Both the position numbers and the translations under genes were made by a program. A stretch of 36,665 nt of DNA from Gemmatimonadota bacterium (GTDB taxonomy: Bacteria; Latescibacterota; UBA2968; UBA8231). Positions within the stretch are counted from its first letter, which is position 1. The number at the start of each line of letters is the position of its first letter. The notes below the pieces were generated by a model. That model made no database searches and was not told the DNA's origin. It was given only the letters and a program-made list of their open reading frames with translations. Of the stretch, positions 27,857 through 36,665 are shown piece after piece. The stretch lies in the NCBI GenBank assembly GCA_038153405.1, contig JAYOYH010000008.1, forward strand, positions 1-36,665. The letters are read 5' to 3'.

Positions 27857-28885
27857 TTACCGCCCCATGCTCTTACCTACCGAGTTGAGGTCTTGACAGG
27901 CCTGCACGACGCGGGCGGCCATATTAGCCTTGCCCTTTTTAAGCCAGGCGCGCGGATCGTACATTTTTTTGTTGCCGACTTCCCCCTCGACCTTCAGCAC
28001 GCCTTCGTAATTGGTCAGCATATGGTCTACGATCGGCCGCGTAAAGGCGTATTGCGTATCGGTGTCGACGTTCATCTTGATAACGCCGTAGTCGAGCGTC
28101 TCGCGAATCTCTTCCTGCGAAGACCCCGAACCGCCGTGAAATACCAGCCAAAAGCGCGCCGCATCGCCGTGTTTGCCGACCACCGCATCCTGGCCCTCGC
28201 GGAGAATGGAGGGCTTGAGCACGACGTTGCCTGGCTTGTAGACGCCGTGCACATTGCCAAAGGTCGCCGCCAGCATAAAACGGCCGCCCTCAATCGGGCT
28301 GAGGGCCTCGTATACGGCGAGCATATCTTCGGGCGTGGTGTAGAGCTTTTCCTTGTCGATGCCCTCGCGATTGAGGCCGTCTTCCTCTCCGCCGACTACC
28401 CCCGTCTCGACTTCGAGAACGATTTCGTTGTCGCGGCACAGTTCCAGCAGGGGCACAGCGGTCTTGAGATTCTCTTCCAGCGGCAAATCGCTACCGTCGT
28501 ACATATGACTCGAAAAGAGGTTGGGCAAACCCTCTTTGCGACGCCGCGACGTCTCGGCGATCAGCGGTTTTAGAAAGGACTCCACCTTGTCCGTGGTGCA
28601 GTGATCTGTATGCAAGGCAATATTGACATCGTATTGTGCGGCAATGCGATGGGCGTGTTCGGCCAACGAAATGCCCCCGAGGACAGCGTCTTTGAGGTTG
28701 CCAGAAGCGTGCTCGCCGCCGCCGGTAGAAACCTGCACAATGCCGTCGCTCTCCGCCTCAACAAAGCCTTCAATGGCGGCGTTGAGGGTGTCCATATTGG
28801 AGATATTAATCGCCGGATAGGCATATTTTCCAGCGTGCGCTTTGTCGAGCATTTCGCAATAACGCTCAAAGTTGACTATGGGCAT
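27857..28885 (-). CDS. fbaA: Class II fructose-bisphosphate aldolase
   Basis: YAYPAIN, LHTDHC, FSSHMYDGS, GGEEDG, FGNVHGVYKPGNV, FHGGSG, KMNVDTD, YDPRAW. Confidence 0.96.
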   Translation of the reverse strand: MPIVNFERYCEMLDKAHAGKYAYPAINISNMDTLNAAIEGFVEAESDGIVQVSTGGGEHASGNLKDAVLGGISLAEHAHRIAAQYDVNIALHTDHCTTDKVESFLKPLIAETSRRRKEGLPNLFSSHMYDGSDLPLEENLKTAVPLLELCRDNEIVLEVETGVVGGEEDGLNREGIDKEKLYTTPEDMLAVYEALSPIEGGRFMLAATFGNVHGVYKPGNVVLKPSILREGQDAVVGKHGDAARFWLVFHGGSGSSQEEIRETLDYGVIKMNVDTDTQYAFTRPIVDHMLTNYEGVLKVEGEVGNKKMYDPRAWLKKGKANMAARVVQACQDLNSVGKSMGR

Positions 28886-28972
28886 ATCATCCTCTCACTT
28901 GTCTTTTATTGAGATAGTTTCACTAAAAAACATAAGCATTGGCGCATTTATGCAACATAGGCAGCCGAAATT

Positions 28973-29782
28973 CTACGCCTCTATCGCAGTTAGAAAATCC
29001 GCCACGTCAAAGACAAAACCAAAAGCCAATGCCACCCGCCATAGCGCTATCTCCTTGCACAGTTCTGCGCGCGCGGTCTCCCTGTTTTCCACCGCCGTAA
29101 CGGCCTGGCGCAGCGCCGAGCACATCATGCCACGCTTGCTCATATCGGCCATCCCCCCCGGCGATAACAGCAGGCACCAATTGATGGCAAAACCGACGTA
29201 GATCAGATGGTTTATCGCGCGCTCATTGCACAGGGCAAAGAGCTGTTCGGCGTTTTCAGCTACGCCCTCACCGCCCAGCGGCCGCGCCTCCTCCATGAAA
29301 TCCAGTGCGGCAAATCCCCTGCGCACATCGGCTTCGTTATGCGGCCCGACAAAGACTTTTTCGCGCCGCAGCGCGCGGAGGCGCTGCAGAGCGGGATCGG
29401 CGACAACTTGCTCGGGAGCAGCGGCTGGAGCACCTGCCAACTGAACGGCGCGCTGGTAGCCGGGATACTGGCCGTAATAATCGCCCCCGCCAACTACGTG
29501 CAGGACGGGCAAGTCCGACGCGCGCACTGCGCGCAGGAGCGGCGGAAAGACCTCGCGGGCAATTTCATTGGCGCGCGGCATATATTCGACGGCGCGATGC
29601 CAGCCCGGGAACGCCTCTCTCGACCCCGTATTCCACGCATGCATAACGACTAATGCCGTGTGCTGACGGGCAATTTCAACTTCTATTCGCCCCCACCCTC
29701 CGTAGCCCTCACCGGGCACGTCGCGATCGAAATCAGCATCGAATTGTTGGTAGTAGTTGGCCTGCAGAGCGTATGTCGACAT
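28973..29782 (-). CDS. Isochorismatase-like cysteine hydrolase
   Basis: TALVVMHAW, LLRAVR...LPVLH, LIYVGFAINWC nucleophile motif; GGAGG RBS. Confidence 0.7.
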   Translation of the reverse strand: MSTYALQANYYQQFDADFDRDVPGEGYGGWGRIEVEIARQHTALVVMHAWNTGSREAFPGWHRAVEYMPRANEIAREVFPPLLRAVRASDLPVLHVVGGGDYYGQYPGYQRAVQLAGAPAAAPEQVVADPALQRLRALRREKVFVGPHNEADVRRGFAALDFMEEARPLGGEGVAENAEQLFALCNERAINHLIYVGFAINWCLLLSPGGMADMSKRGMMCSALRQAVTAVENRETARAELCKEIALWRVALAFGFVFDVADFLTAIEA

Positions 29783-29797
29783 CGCCTATCCTCCATA

Positions 29798-29836
29798 GAA
29801 AAACCGCCCATCCCAACGTGGGGAGAGCGGTTTTTC
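29798..29836 (-). terminator. Intrinsic terminator downstream of the P-II gene
   Basis: GAAAAACCGC...GCGGTTTTTC inverted repeat, giving a stem plus U5 on the minus strand. Confidence 0.75.
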
Positions 29837-29857
29837 GCCATTGTTGTTCGCGCAGCG

Positions 29858-30196
29858 CTATATGGCCGCCTCACCCGTTTCGCCAGTGCGAATGCGCACG
29901 ACTTCCTCAACCGGCACGACAAAAATCTTGCCATCGCCAATCTTGCCGGAGTTGGCCGCTTCGCGCACGGCGCTGACGGCTTGATGGGCCAACTCGTCTC
30001 CTACGACGACCTCGATCTCCACTTTGGGCGTGAAGTCGATTACATACTCGGCACCGCGATAGACTTCCTTGTGGCCTTTTTGTCGTCCAAAGCCCTTAAC
30101 CTCGCTGACGGTCATGCCCATAATACCCAGCGAACTGAGCGCCTCTTTGACCTTTTCTAGTGCGCTGGGACGCACGACGCATTTGAGCAATTTCAT
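29858..30196 (-). CDS. glnK: Nitrogen regulatory protein P-II (amt-linked, hence GlnK by convention)
   Basis: 112 aa; GFGRQKG, YRGAEY (Tyr51), GKIGDGKIF, RIRTGE. Confidence 0.93.
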   Translation of the reverse strand: MKLLKCVVRPSALEKVKEALSSLGIMGMTVSEVKGFGRQKGHKEVYRGAEYVIDFTPKVEIEVVVGDELAHQAVSAVREAANSGKIGDGKIFVVPVEEVVRIRTGETGEAAI

Positions 30197-30227
30197 AATA
30201 TCTATCCTCCGCTAAACCGTTTTAACT

Positions 30228-30652
30228 TCAACACTCCATATTGTGGATCTGCTCGCTGTGCTGGGCTACGTCGAGGCCTTTCACTTCGTCGTCTTCGCTG
30301 ACGCGCAGGCCGCCTACCAAGGCACTGACCATCTTCAAGATAATATAAGAGAGCAAACCGCTATATACGACCGTAAAAAGCACGCGGACAAATTGAGCCC
30401 AGAGCTGTGCGCCGATCAACTCGTTTGCCAACCCTAGCCCACCGAAGCTCTCCGCAGCGAAGACACCGATCAGCAGGGCACCGACAATACCGCCGATCCC
30501 ATGCACGCCAAAGGCGTCGAGGGAATCGTCGTATCCGAGTTTGTGTTTGAGTACTGTAGCATTTCAAAAACAGAGCGCGCCGGAAGCGGCAAAACAAACA
30601 GCAGCAGCGACGCGCAACCCATCCACAGCGCAGCACCCGTTTTACTAGCCAT
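30228..30652 (-). pseudogene. amtB: Ammonium transporter pseudogene (internal deletion, frameshift and stop)
   Basis: AGGAGG RBS and signal-peptide-like start at 30652, joined out of frame to GALCF*NATVLKHKLGYDDSLDAFGVHGIGG...LRVSEDDE..GLD..HSE. Confidence 0.88.
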
Positions 30653-30794
30653 ACAAACAGCACCTCCTAGGATTGTTGTGAGCAGCGCGCACGGGCGCTA
30701 TGTTATCCGCACAGGATCCCACGTTTTGGACGCATAATAATACACGCAAGAGGATGCCTCAAGTACTTTTATACATGCGGGAGGGCAGTCAGAT

Positions 30795-31748
30795 ATGAAA
30801 ATGGTCCTGCGCGGAGCACTGGACATTGAGGCAGCGCGGCGCATCGCCCCCGATCTGCAGATCGTCAGTGCCGATGGAGAAGAAGAATTATTAGCGGCCA
30901 GCGCCGATGCCGAGATCGCCGTCATGATGGGCATGGGCTGGCTGCGCGGCGGTTTTGCAGCCTACCTACAGCGCGCGCCCCGCCTGCGCTGGTTTCACTG
31001 CTCCAGTGCCGGAGTCGACCCACTGCTCTGTCCCGAATTTTTGGCATCGGACGTCGTTATGACCTGCGCCAAGGGCACGCCCGTTGGTCCCCTCTTAGCC
31101 GAGCACGCCTTTGCCCTGATACTTTCCCTAACGCGCGGTATTGCCGCCTGCGCGCGCCTCAACCGCTGGGACGGAAGCTCCGACGGAGCGCGCAGGGCCT
31201 ACGAATTGGGCGGCAAAACGCTCGGCATCGTCGGCTACGGCGGCGTAGGCAAGGCGCTGGCAAAGCGTGCGCGCGCCTTCGACATGGACGTCATCGCCGT
31301 GCGCCAACACCCCGAGCCAGGAGGACCCGTTGAGCAATGGGGCACGGAGCGCTTTGGCGAGATGCTGTCGCGCGCCGATATCGTTGTCACTACTGTCCCG
31401 CATACGCCCGAGACAGAAGGGCTCTTTGGTGCGGCTGCATTTGCTCGCATGAAGGACAGCGCTCTGCTCATCACCATCGGCCGCGGCCAAACCGTGCAAA
31501 CGAACGCGCTGGTCGATGCCCTCAACAGCGGCACCATTGCCGGGGCGGGATTGGACGTCGTCGATCCGGAACCCCTACCCGCTGACCATCCCCTCTGGCG
31601 GTGTCCCAACACCATCATCACACCGCACATGGCCGGCAATGCGCCTGAGCGCGCAGCGCGCAACGAAGCGCTCGTGCTGGACAACCTGCGTCGCTATGTC
31701 GCCGGCCAACCGCTGCTGAGCACCGTCGACAAGCAGCTAGGCTACTAG
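30795..31748 (+). CDS. D-isomer-specific 2-hydroxyacid dehydrogenase
   Basis: SAGVD, LAEH, GIVGYGGVG, GRG, LDV.DPEP, TPHMAG. Confidence 0.92.
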   Translation: MKMVLRGALDIEAARRIAPDLQIVSADGEEELLAASADAEIAVMMGMGWLRGGFAAYLQRAPRLRWFHCSSAGVDPLLCPEFLASDVVMTCAKGTPVGPLLAEHAFALILSLTRGIAACARLNRWDGSSDGARRAYELGGKTLGIVGYGGVGKALAKRARAFDMDVIAVRQHPEPGGPVEQWGTERFGEMLSRADIVVTTVPHTPETEGLFGAAAFARMKDSALLITIGRGQTVQTNALVDALNSGTIAGAGLDVVDPEPLPADHPLWRCPNTIITPHMAGNAPERAARNEALVLDNLRRYVAGQPLLSTVDKQLGY

Positions 31749-32578
31749 GCCCACTTATAGACGGCCAGCGCGTTTTTCCAAAAGTACTGCTCAGAAGCCT
31801 CCTCACCCTTGGCCGCAAAGAAATTGCGCACGATGGCAAAAGAGTCGGCAAAGCTGCCGGCGCGCTCGCACACCGGCCAATTGCTGCCGTAGACGAGCCG
31901 TTCGGCGCCAAATACCTGCCACATCGCCTCGAGCGTGGGAGCATAGTACGCCACGTCAGCCGGCGCTGGCTGCTGTCGGCTCTGCTCCATGACCGCCGAT
32001 ACCTTCATATGCACATTGGCTGACTGCGCCAAGCGTTCGATACCGGCCAGCCAGCGCCCGTCGGGTTGCGAGCCGTCAACGGGCACGTGGCCAATGTGAT
32101 TGATGACGATGCGCAGCGCTGGAAGCGCCTCAGCGAGGGCCTCTAAGGCGGGAAACTGCTCCGTGTTCAACAGCACGTCCAACGCTAGATCGCGGGCGGC
32201 CAGCAGTTCCATATCGCGCAAAAATTCGCCTTCTGGCGGGGCGGCAAAATAGCCCGACCCACAGCGGATGCCGCAAAAGCGCGGATGGTCGGCAAAGCGC
32301 GCCAATTCGTCGGCAAACTCCGCGCGGCACGGATCGATATGGCCGACCAGGCCCAGCACAAAGGGATCGGCCTCGGCCAGGTCCAATATCCACCCATTGT
32401 CCTCTAACCAGGCGCTGGCCTCGACGACGACCGTTCCGGTAACGCCCTCGGGTTCGGCCAGCGCTCGATAGTGTTCGGGCAGCACCGTGCGATAGAGTAG
32501 TTCGTTGTCGGGCCCGGGCCACGGCACGCCCTGCGGACGCGATGGGTCGTAAAAATGCGTATGCGTATCGACGATCAA
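31745..32578 (-). CDS. Amidohydrolase_2 family protein (sugar lactonase-like)
   Basis: Probable TTG start at 32578 (AGGAGG RBS); IVDTHTHF, INHIG, KVS, FG.ERL.YGSNWP. Confidence 0.85.
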   Translation of the reverse strand: MIVDTHTHFYDPSRPQGVPWPGPDNELLYRTVLPEHYRALAEPEGVTGTVVVEASAWLEDNGWILDLAEADPFVLGLVGHIDPCRAEFADELARFADHPRFCGIRCGSGYFAAPPEGEFLRDMELLAARDLALDVLLNTEQFPALEALAEALPALRIVINHIGHVPVDGSQPDGRWLAGIERLAQSANVHMKVSAVMEQSRQQPAPADVAYYAPTLEAMWQVFGAERLVYGSNWPVCERAGSFADSFAIVRNFFAAKGEEASEQYFWKNALAVYKWA

Positions 32579-32589
32579 GGGAATCCCTC

Positions 32590-33639
32590 CTAGTGAAATT
32601 GCTCCATGGTATGCGCTATGCATGCGACAAAGGCATCGATGTCTTCTTCCGTCGTATCAAAAGACGTCATCCAGCGCACTTCGCCGCGGGCCGCGTCCCA
32701 GACGTAGAAAAAAAACTGCTCCTGTAAAATGGGAATTGCCGCTTGGGGCAAGCGCACAAAAACGGCGTTGGCTTCGGCCCGTTGGGTCACTTCTACGCCG
32801 GCAATGGAGCGCACCTGCGCCTCGAGCCGTTTGGCCATGGCATTGGCATGCGCTGCGCTGCGCCGCCACAGGTCGCCCTCGAGCAGCGCGGCAAACTGCG
32901 CGGCGACAAAGCGCATTTTCGATGCCAGCTGCATACTCTGCTTGCGCACATAGCGGTAGTCGGCCGCCAGTTCCTCGGCAAAGAATACGACGGCCTCTCC
33001 GAGCAGCAGGCCGTTCTTGGTGCCGCCAAACGACAGCACGTCTACCCCAACATCGGTGCTAATCGCGCGCAGCTCGACGCCAAGCGCGGCAGCGGCGTTG
33101 GCAAAGCGCGCCCCATCGACGTGCAAATAAAGTCCGTGCTCGTGCGCGCATTCGGCCAGCGCGGCAATTTCTTCGGGCCTGTACACCGTGCCCAATTCCG
33201 TCGTCTGCGTGATCGAAACTACGCGGGGGCGCACCTGGTGTTCGTCGAGGCGCCCGCCCAGCCGAGCGCGCACCTGCTCCGGACGCACTTTGCCGTCGGG
33301 CGTCGGCAGCGTTAACAATTTGACGCCCCCCACGCGCTCGGGTGCACCACACTCGTCGATGTGCAGATGGGCCGATTCGGCGCAGATGACCGCGTCGAAC
33401 GAACGCGTTAGCGATGCCAGGGCCGTGACGTTGGCCCCCGTGCCATTAAATACGAAAAACGGCTGGGCACCCTCGCCGAAATGGCGGCGCATGACTTCTT
33501 CGGCGCGCCGCGTAAAGCGATCGTCACCGTACGAATGCACGTGTCCCACATTGGCTTCGACCAGTGCCTGTAAGACTTCCGGGTGCACGCCGGCGTGGTT
33601 GTCGCTGCCAAATCCCTTCTCCACTATATCGTCCGTCAC
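32590..33639 (-). CDS. ltaE: Low-specificity L-threonine aldolase
   Basis: FGSDN, YGDD, GTGAN, TELGTVY, HVDGARFANA, SFGGTKNG (PLP Lys); start GTG 33639 or 33624. Confidence 0.9.
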   Translation of the reverse strand: MTDDIVEKGFGSDNHAGVHPEVLQALVEANVGHVHSYGDDRFTRRAEEVMRRHFGEGAQPFFVFNGTGANVTALASLTRSFDAVICAESAHLHIDECGAPERVGGVKLLTLPTPDGKVRPEQVRARLGGRLDEHQVRPRVVSITQTTELGTVYRPEEIAALAECAHEHGLYLHVDGARFANAAAALGVELRAISTDVGVDVLSFGGTKNGLLLGEAVVFFAEELAADYRYVRKQSMQLASKMRFVAAQFAALLEGDLWRRSAAHANAMAKRLEAQVRSIAGVEVTQRAEANAVFVRLPQAAIPILQEQFFFYVWDAARGEVRWMTSFDTTEEDIDAFVACIAHTMEQFH

Positions 33640-33700
33640 AGTTGAGCTGCTTTCTCGCCGCGCCTTAGCCAGGCGGTTGTATTTTTCACAGAGCCCCCTA

Positions 33701-36433
33701 TTAATGCGCGTCGAGCCAATCGCGCCCCGTACCCATTTCCACTTCAATCGGCACCTCCATCGGCAGCGCCTCGCGCATGGCCCGGGCGATGATATCGGGC
33801 ACGCTGTCCTTCTCGCTCAGGTGTAAATCAAAGACCAGTTCATCGTGCACCTGCAGGAGCATCTTGCTCTTGGCATCGCGCAGCTCGGCGTGGATGCGGT
33901 TCATCGCCAGCTTGATCATGTCGGCTGCCGATCCCTGAATGCGCGTATTGATCGCATTGCGCTCGGCCCCCTTGCGCGTATTGGCATTGCGCGAGTTGAT
34001 ATCGCGCAGATAGCGCCGCCGCCCCGTCACCGTTTCGACATAACCCTTCTCGCGCGCAAACTCCACCGTTTCTTCGATGTAGTTTTCCACGCCGGGATAT
34101 TGGGCAAAGTACTGCTTAATGAGCTCGGCCGCCTCAAAGCGACTAATGTCGAGGCGCTCGGCCAAACCAAAGGCGGAGATGCCGTAAATTATGCCGAAAT
34201 TGACCGTCTTGGCCTGGCGGCGCATATCGTCGGTAACGCCCTCTTTATCGACGCTGTAGATCTTCATCGCCGTAGTCGTGTGAATGTCGCCGCCGTCGCG
34301 AAAGGTCTGCAGCATATCGCCATCGCCGCTCAGTTCGGCGGCAATGCGCAGCTCAATCTGCGAGTAGTCGGCCGAAAGGAGCACGTAATCGTCAGCGCGC
34401 GGCACGAAGGCGCGGCGAATCTCGCGCCCCTGCTCCGAGCGAATGGGAATGGTCTGCAGATTGGGACTGTGCGACTGCATGCGTCCCGTTGCCGTCACCG
34501 CCTGTTCGTAGTGGGTGTGAATGCGCCCCGTGTCGGCAAATACGGCGCCGGGCAGCATATCGATATAGGTCGATTTGAGCTTGGTGTGCAATCGGTAGTC
34601 CAGCACGCGCTGGGCAATCTCGTGGCGGTAGGCCAAGCGGCGCAGCACTTGCTCACTGGTTTGAAACTGACCGGTCTTGGCCGTGCGCCGCGCGTTGGGA
34701 TCGAGCGCGAGTTTCTCGAATAGAATGGCGCCCAGCTGCTGGCCGGAGTTGAGGTTAAACTCCTCGTCAGCCAGCTCGTAAATGCGCCCTGCCGTGTGGT
34801 CAATGTGTTCCTGAAAATCGCGGGCCATCGCCTCCAATACCCGCTTTTCCATGCGCACGCCCTCGTGCTCCATTTCGACCAGCACGGGCAAGAGCGGGCA
34901 TTCAATTTCGTAGAACACGCGCTGTTGCCCCATCTCGACAATTTTTTCGCGCAGCAGCCCGGCCAACTGCCAAGTAATATCGGCATCTTCAACCGCATAC
35001 TCGACGACCTCGTCCAGCGGAACTAAATTCATGCTGAGCTGATCTTCGCCTTTTTTGCCGATGAGCTCAGCAATGGAAATCGGCTGGTAGCCCAGCAGCG
35101 TCTCGGCCAGGTGGTCCATGCTGCGGCGCCCCTCGGGGTCGATCAGCGCAGCCGCTAGCATGGTGTCGAAAAAAGGGCCCGCGACGTTGACGTCGTGCCA
35201 GCGCAGCACCCCGAGGTCGAATTTCAGGTTGTGCCCCACTTTCTCGCTCTCCCCCGCAAAGACGGGGCGAAACTCCTCCAGCAGCGCTTGCGCCTTGGCC
35301 CGTTCGCTCGGAAAAGGCACGTAATAGCCCCGGTGCGCTTGCCAAGAAAAGGCCAGCCCCACTAGACCGCAGCGCTTGACGTCGAGGCCGGTGGTCTCGG
35401 CGTCAAAGCAAAACGACGGGCACTCGAGTAGCTGGCGCACTAGTTCGGCGCGCGCCTCAGCCGTGTCGACGAGCTGATAGTCGTGCGGCACCCCTTCGAT
35501 GGTCTTTAACTCGACCGGCGCGCCGCCCGGGCCGCCGGTTGCCATATCGGCAAAGCCTTCGCCCAGAACGCGCTTGCCCAGCGTATTAAACTCCAATTCA
35601 ACAAAGAGCGCGGCTAATTTTTGCCCATCCCACGCATCGCAGCGCATGGCGTCCCAATCGCATTCGATGGGCACATTGCGCTCAATGGTGACCAATTCTT
35701 TGGACAGCAAAGCCTGTTGACGGTACTGCTCGAGGTTTTCCTTTTGCTTGCCCTTTAGCTCGTCAACTCCTTCCAACACTCCTTCGAGACGGCCAAAGCG
35801 CGCAACCAACTTTTGCGCTGTTTTTTCGCCGATGCCCGGCACGCCAGGAATATTATCGGATGCATCGCCCATTAGACCGAGAACATCGACAACTTGGTCA
35901 ATGCGTTCGATGCCCCAGCGTTCGAGGATCTCTCCGATGCCCTGCACTTCGACATCCTCTCCGGCGCGCCCCGGCTTGTAGATGAAGGTCTTGTTGGAAA
36001 CGAGTTGCCCGTAGTCCTTGTCGGGCGTGACCATATACGTGGTAAACCCCTCGCCCTCGGCGCGCAGCGCCAAGGTGCCAATCACGTCGTCGGCCTCCCA
36101 GCCGGGCATTTTTATAACGGGCATATTAAATGCTTCACACAGTTGGAACACATAGGGGAGCGCCTGGCTCAAATCTTCCGGCATGGCCTCGCGCTGCGCC
36201 TTGTACTCGGCAAACATCTTGTGTCGGTGCGTCGGTTCAGGCGTGTCGAAAACAGCGGCTATATGCGTGGGCTGCTCGCGGTCGAGAATGCTCAGCAGAG
36301 TGTTAGCAAAGGCAAATACCGCCGAAGTATTCATGCCCTGAGAAGTCATGCGAGGGTTGCGCATCAGGGCAAAGTGTCCGCGGTAAACCAGCGCCATTCC
36401 ATCGAGTAGAAAGAGTTTTTTCTCGTCGCTCAT
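33701..36433 (-). CDS. polA: DNA polymerase I with 5'-nuclease, intact 3'-5' exonuclease and polymerase domains
   Basis: LLDG, EADD, GDASDNIPG; ExoI DAETT, ExoII NLKFD, ExoIII YAVED; DYSQIELR, K..NFG..YG, QVHDEL. Confidence 0.98.
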   Translation of the reverse strand: MSDEKKLFLLDGMALVYRGHFALMRNPRMTSQGMNTSAVFAFANTLLSILDREQPTHIAAVFDTPEPTHRHKMFAEYKAQREAMPEDLSQALPYVFQLCEAFNMPVIKMPGWEADDVIGTLALRAEGEGFTTYMVTPDKDYGQLVSNKTFIYKPGRAGEDVEVQGIGEILERWGIERIDQVVDVLGLMGDASDNIPGVPGIGEKTAQKLVARFGRLEGVLEGVDELKGKQKENLEQYRQQALLSKELVTIERNVPIECDWDAMRCDAWDGQKLAALFVELEFNTLGKRVLGEGFADMATGGPGGAPVELKTIEGVPHDYQLVDTAEARAELVRQLLECPSFCFDAETTGLDVKRCGLVGLAFSWQAHRGYYVPFPSERAKAQALLEEFRPVFAGESEKVGHNLKFDLGVLRWHDVNVAGPFFDTMLAAALIDPEGRRSMDHLAETLLGYQPISIAELIGKKGEDQLSMNLVPLDEVVEYAVEDADITWQLAGLLREKIVEMGQQRVFYEIECPLLPVLVEMEHEGVRMEKRVLEAMARDFQEHIDHTAGRIYELADEEFNLNSGQQLGAILFEKLALDPNARRTAKTGQFQTSEQVLRRLAYRHEIAQRVLDYRLHTKLKSTYIDMLPGAVFADTGRIHTHYEQAVTATGRMQSHSPNLQTIPIRSEQGREIRRAFVPRADDYVLLSADYSQIELRIAAELSGDGDMLQTFRDGGDIHTTTAMKIYSVDKEGVTDDMRRQAKTVNFGIIYGISAFGLAERLDISRFEAAELIKQYFAQYPGVENYIEETVEFAREKGYVETVTGRRRYLRDINSRNANTRKGAERNAINTRIQGSAADMIKLAMNRIHAELRDAKSKMLLQVHDELVFDLHLSEKDSVPDIIARAMREALPMEVPIEVEMGTGRDWLDAH

Positions 36434-36467
36434 TGCAGTCCCATCGAGTAAATGAACAGCTGGCCAT

Positions 36468-36496
36468 ATACTACCTTACACCCGTATATAGCACAA
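36468..36496 (-). promoter_or_regulatory. Candidate polA promoter
   Basis: Minus strand TTGTGC-N17-TAGTAT about 35 nt upstream of the ATG. Confidence 0.35.
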
Positions 36497-36665
36497 GCGC
36501 TGGACGAGTCAATCAATTATCTTTCTGTGCATAAAAATCGACCGCTCGGCCGGCTCCTCGCCCAGACCGTCCCGCTAGCCACGACAGAAAATCTGGTAAC
36601 GCTGTCGAGCCTGTCTCACCGCGCCGTCGAACAGATTCGCTGCGCTACGTGATAGAGCGGCCCCG

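Noticed and set aside
28886..28972. AT-rich fbaA upstream region with imperfect palindromes
   Set aside because: No correctly spaced promoter or convincing operator could be fixed by eye.
30564..30566. TGA recoding or alternative genetic code in amtB
   Set aside because: TGA ends other genes normally (e.g. 492, 10072, 18764), and the gene is also deleted and frameshifted.
30745..30760. Sigma54-like AGGCATCCTCTTGC upstream of amtB (minus strand)
   Set aside because: GG-to-GC spacing is 9 nt; sigma54 requires 10.
36399..36450. 10-bp direct repeat CCATCGAGTA around the polA start
   Set aside because: Only two short copies, one of them coding; compatible with chance.
36452..36652. 66-aa ORF upstream of polA
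   Set aside because: Overlaps the polA promoter region, no clear RBS, no motifs.
1..36665. CRISPR arrays, tRNA/rRNA, riboswitches, IS or prophage genes
   Set aside because: Intergenic gaps are short and show no repeat-spacer pattern or recognisable RNA motif; no transposase or integrase ORFs. An Rfam/Infernal scan would be needed to exclude small RNAs.

Overview
Gene-dense, GC-rich (~60% by eye) bacterial chromosomal window with about 35 CDS. I recognised no rRNA, tRNA, CRISPR array or mobile element. Housekeeping genes (M29 aminopeptidase, ybaK, nudC, nth, fbaA, P-II, ltaE, polA, a MenA-like prenyltransferase, a divergent purF-like gene) are interspersed with many orphan catabolic enzymes. 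These include a PhyH dioxygenase, MDR/SDR/extended-SDR oxidoreductases, DHDPS-like and enolase-superfamily lyases, GH172/DUF2961, two creatininase-family and one ceramidase-like amidohydrolase, L-rhamnose mutarotase, a lactonase-like amidohydrolase and a DUF6785/6784-type membrane protein. This mix is reminiscent of Latescibacterota/Poribacteria-like heterotrophs (inference only). The most notable observations are: (1) an amtB pseudogene with a large frameshifting internal deletion plus a nonsense codon, next to an intact P-II gene; (2) a promoter- and operator-bearing operon of a DUF6785-type transporter plus two amidohydrolases; (3) a divergent locus pairing creatininase-SDR-rhaM with a 708-aa unknown protein and a secreted partner; (4) DHDPS-like, enolase-like, PurF-like and MenA-like proteins with non-canonical active-site motifs. 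All family assignments come from motifs recognised by eye; no database searches were run.
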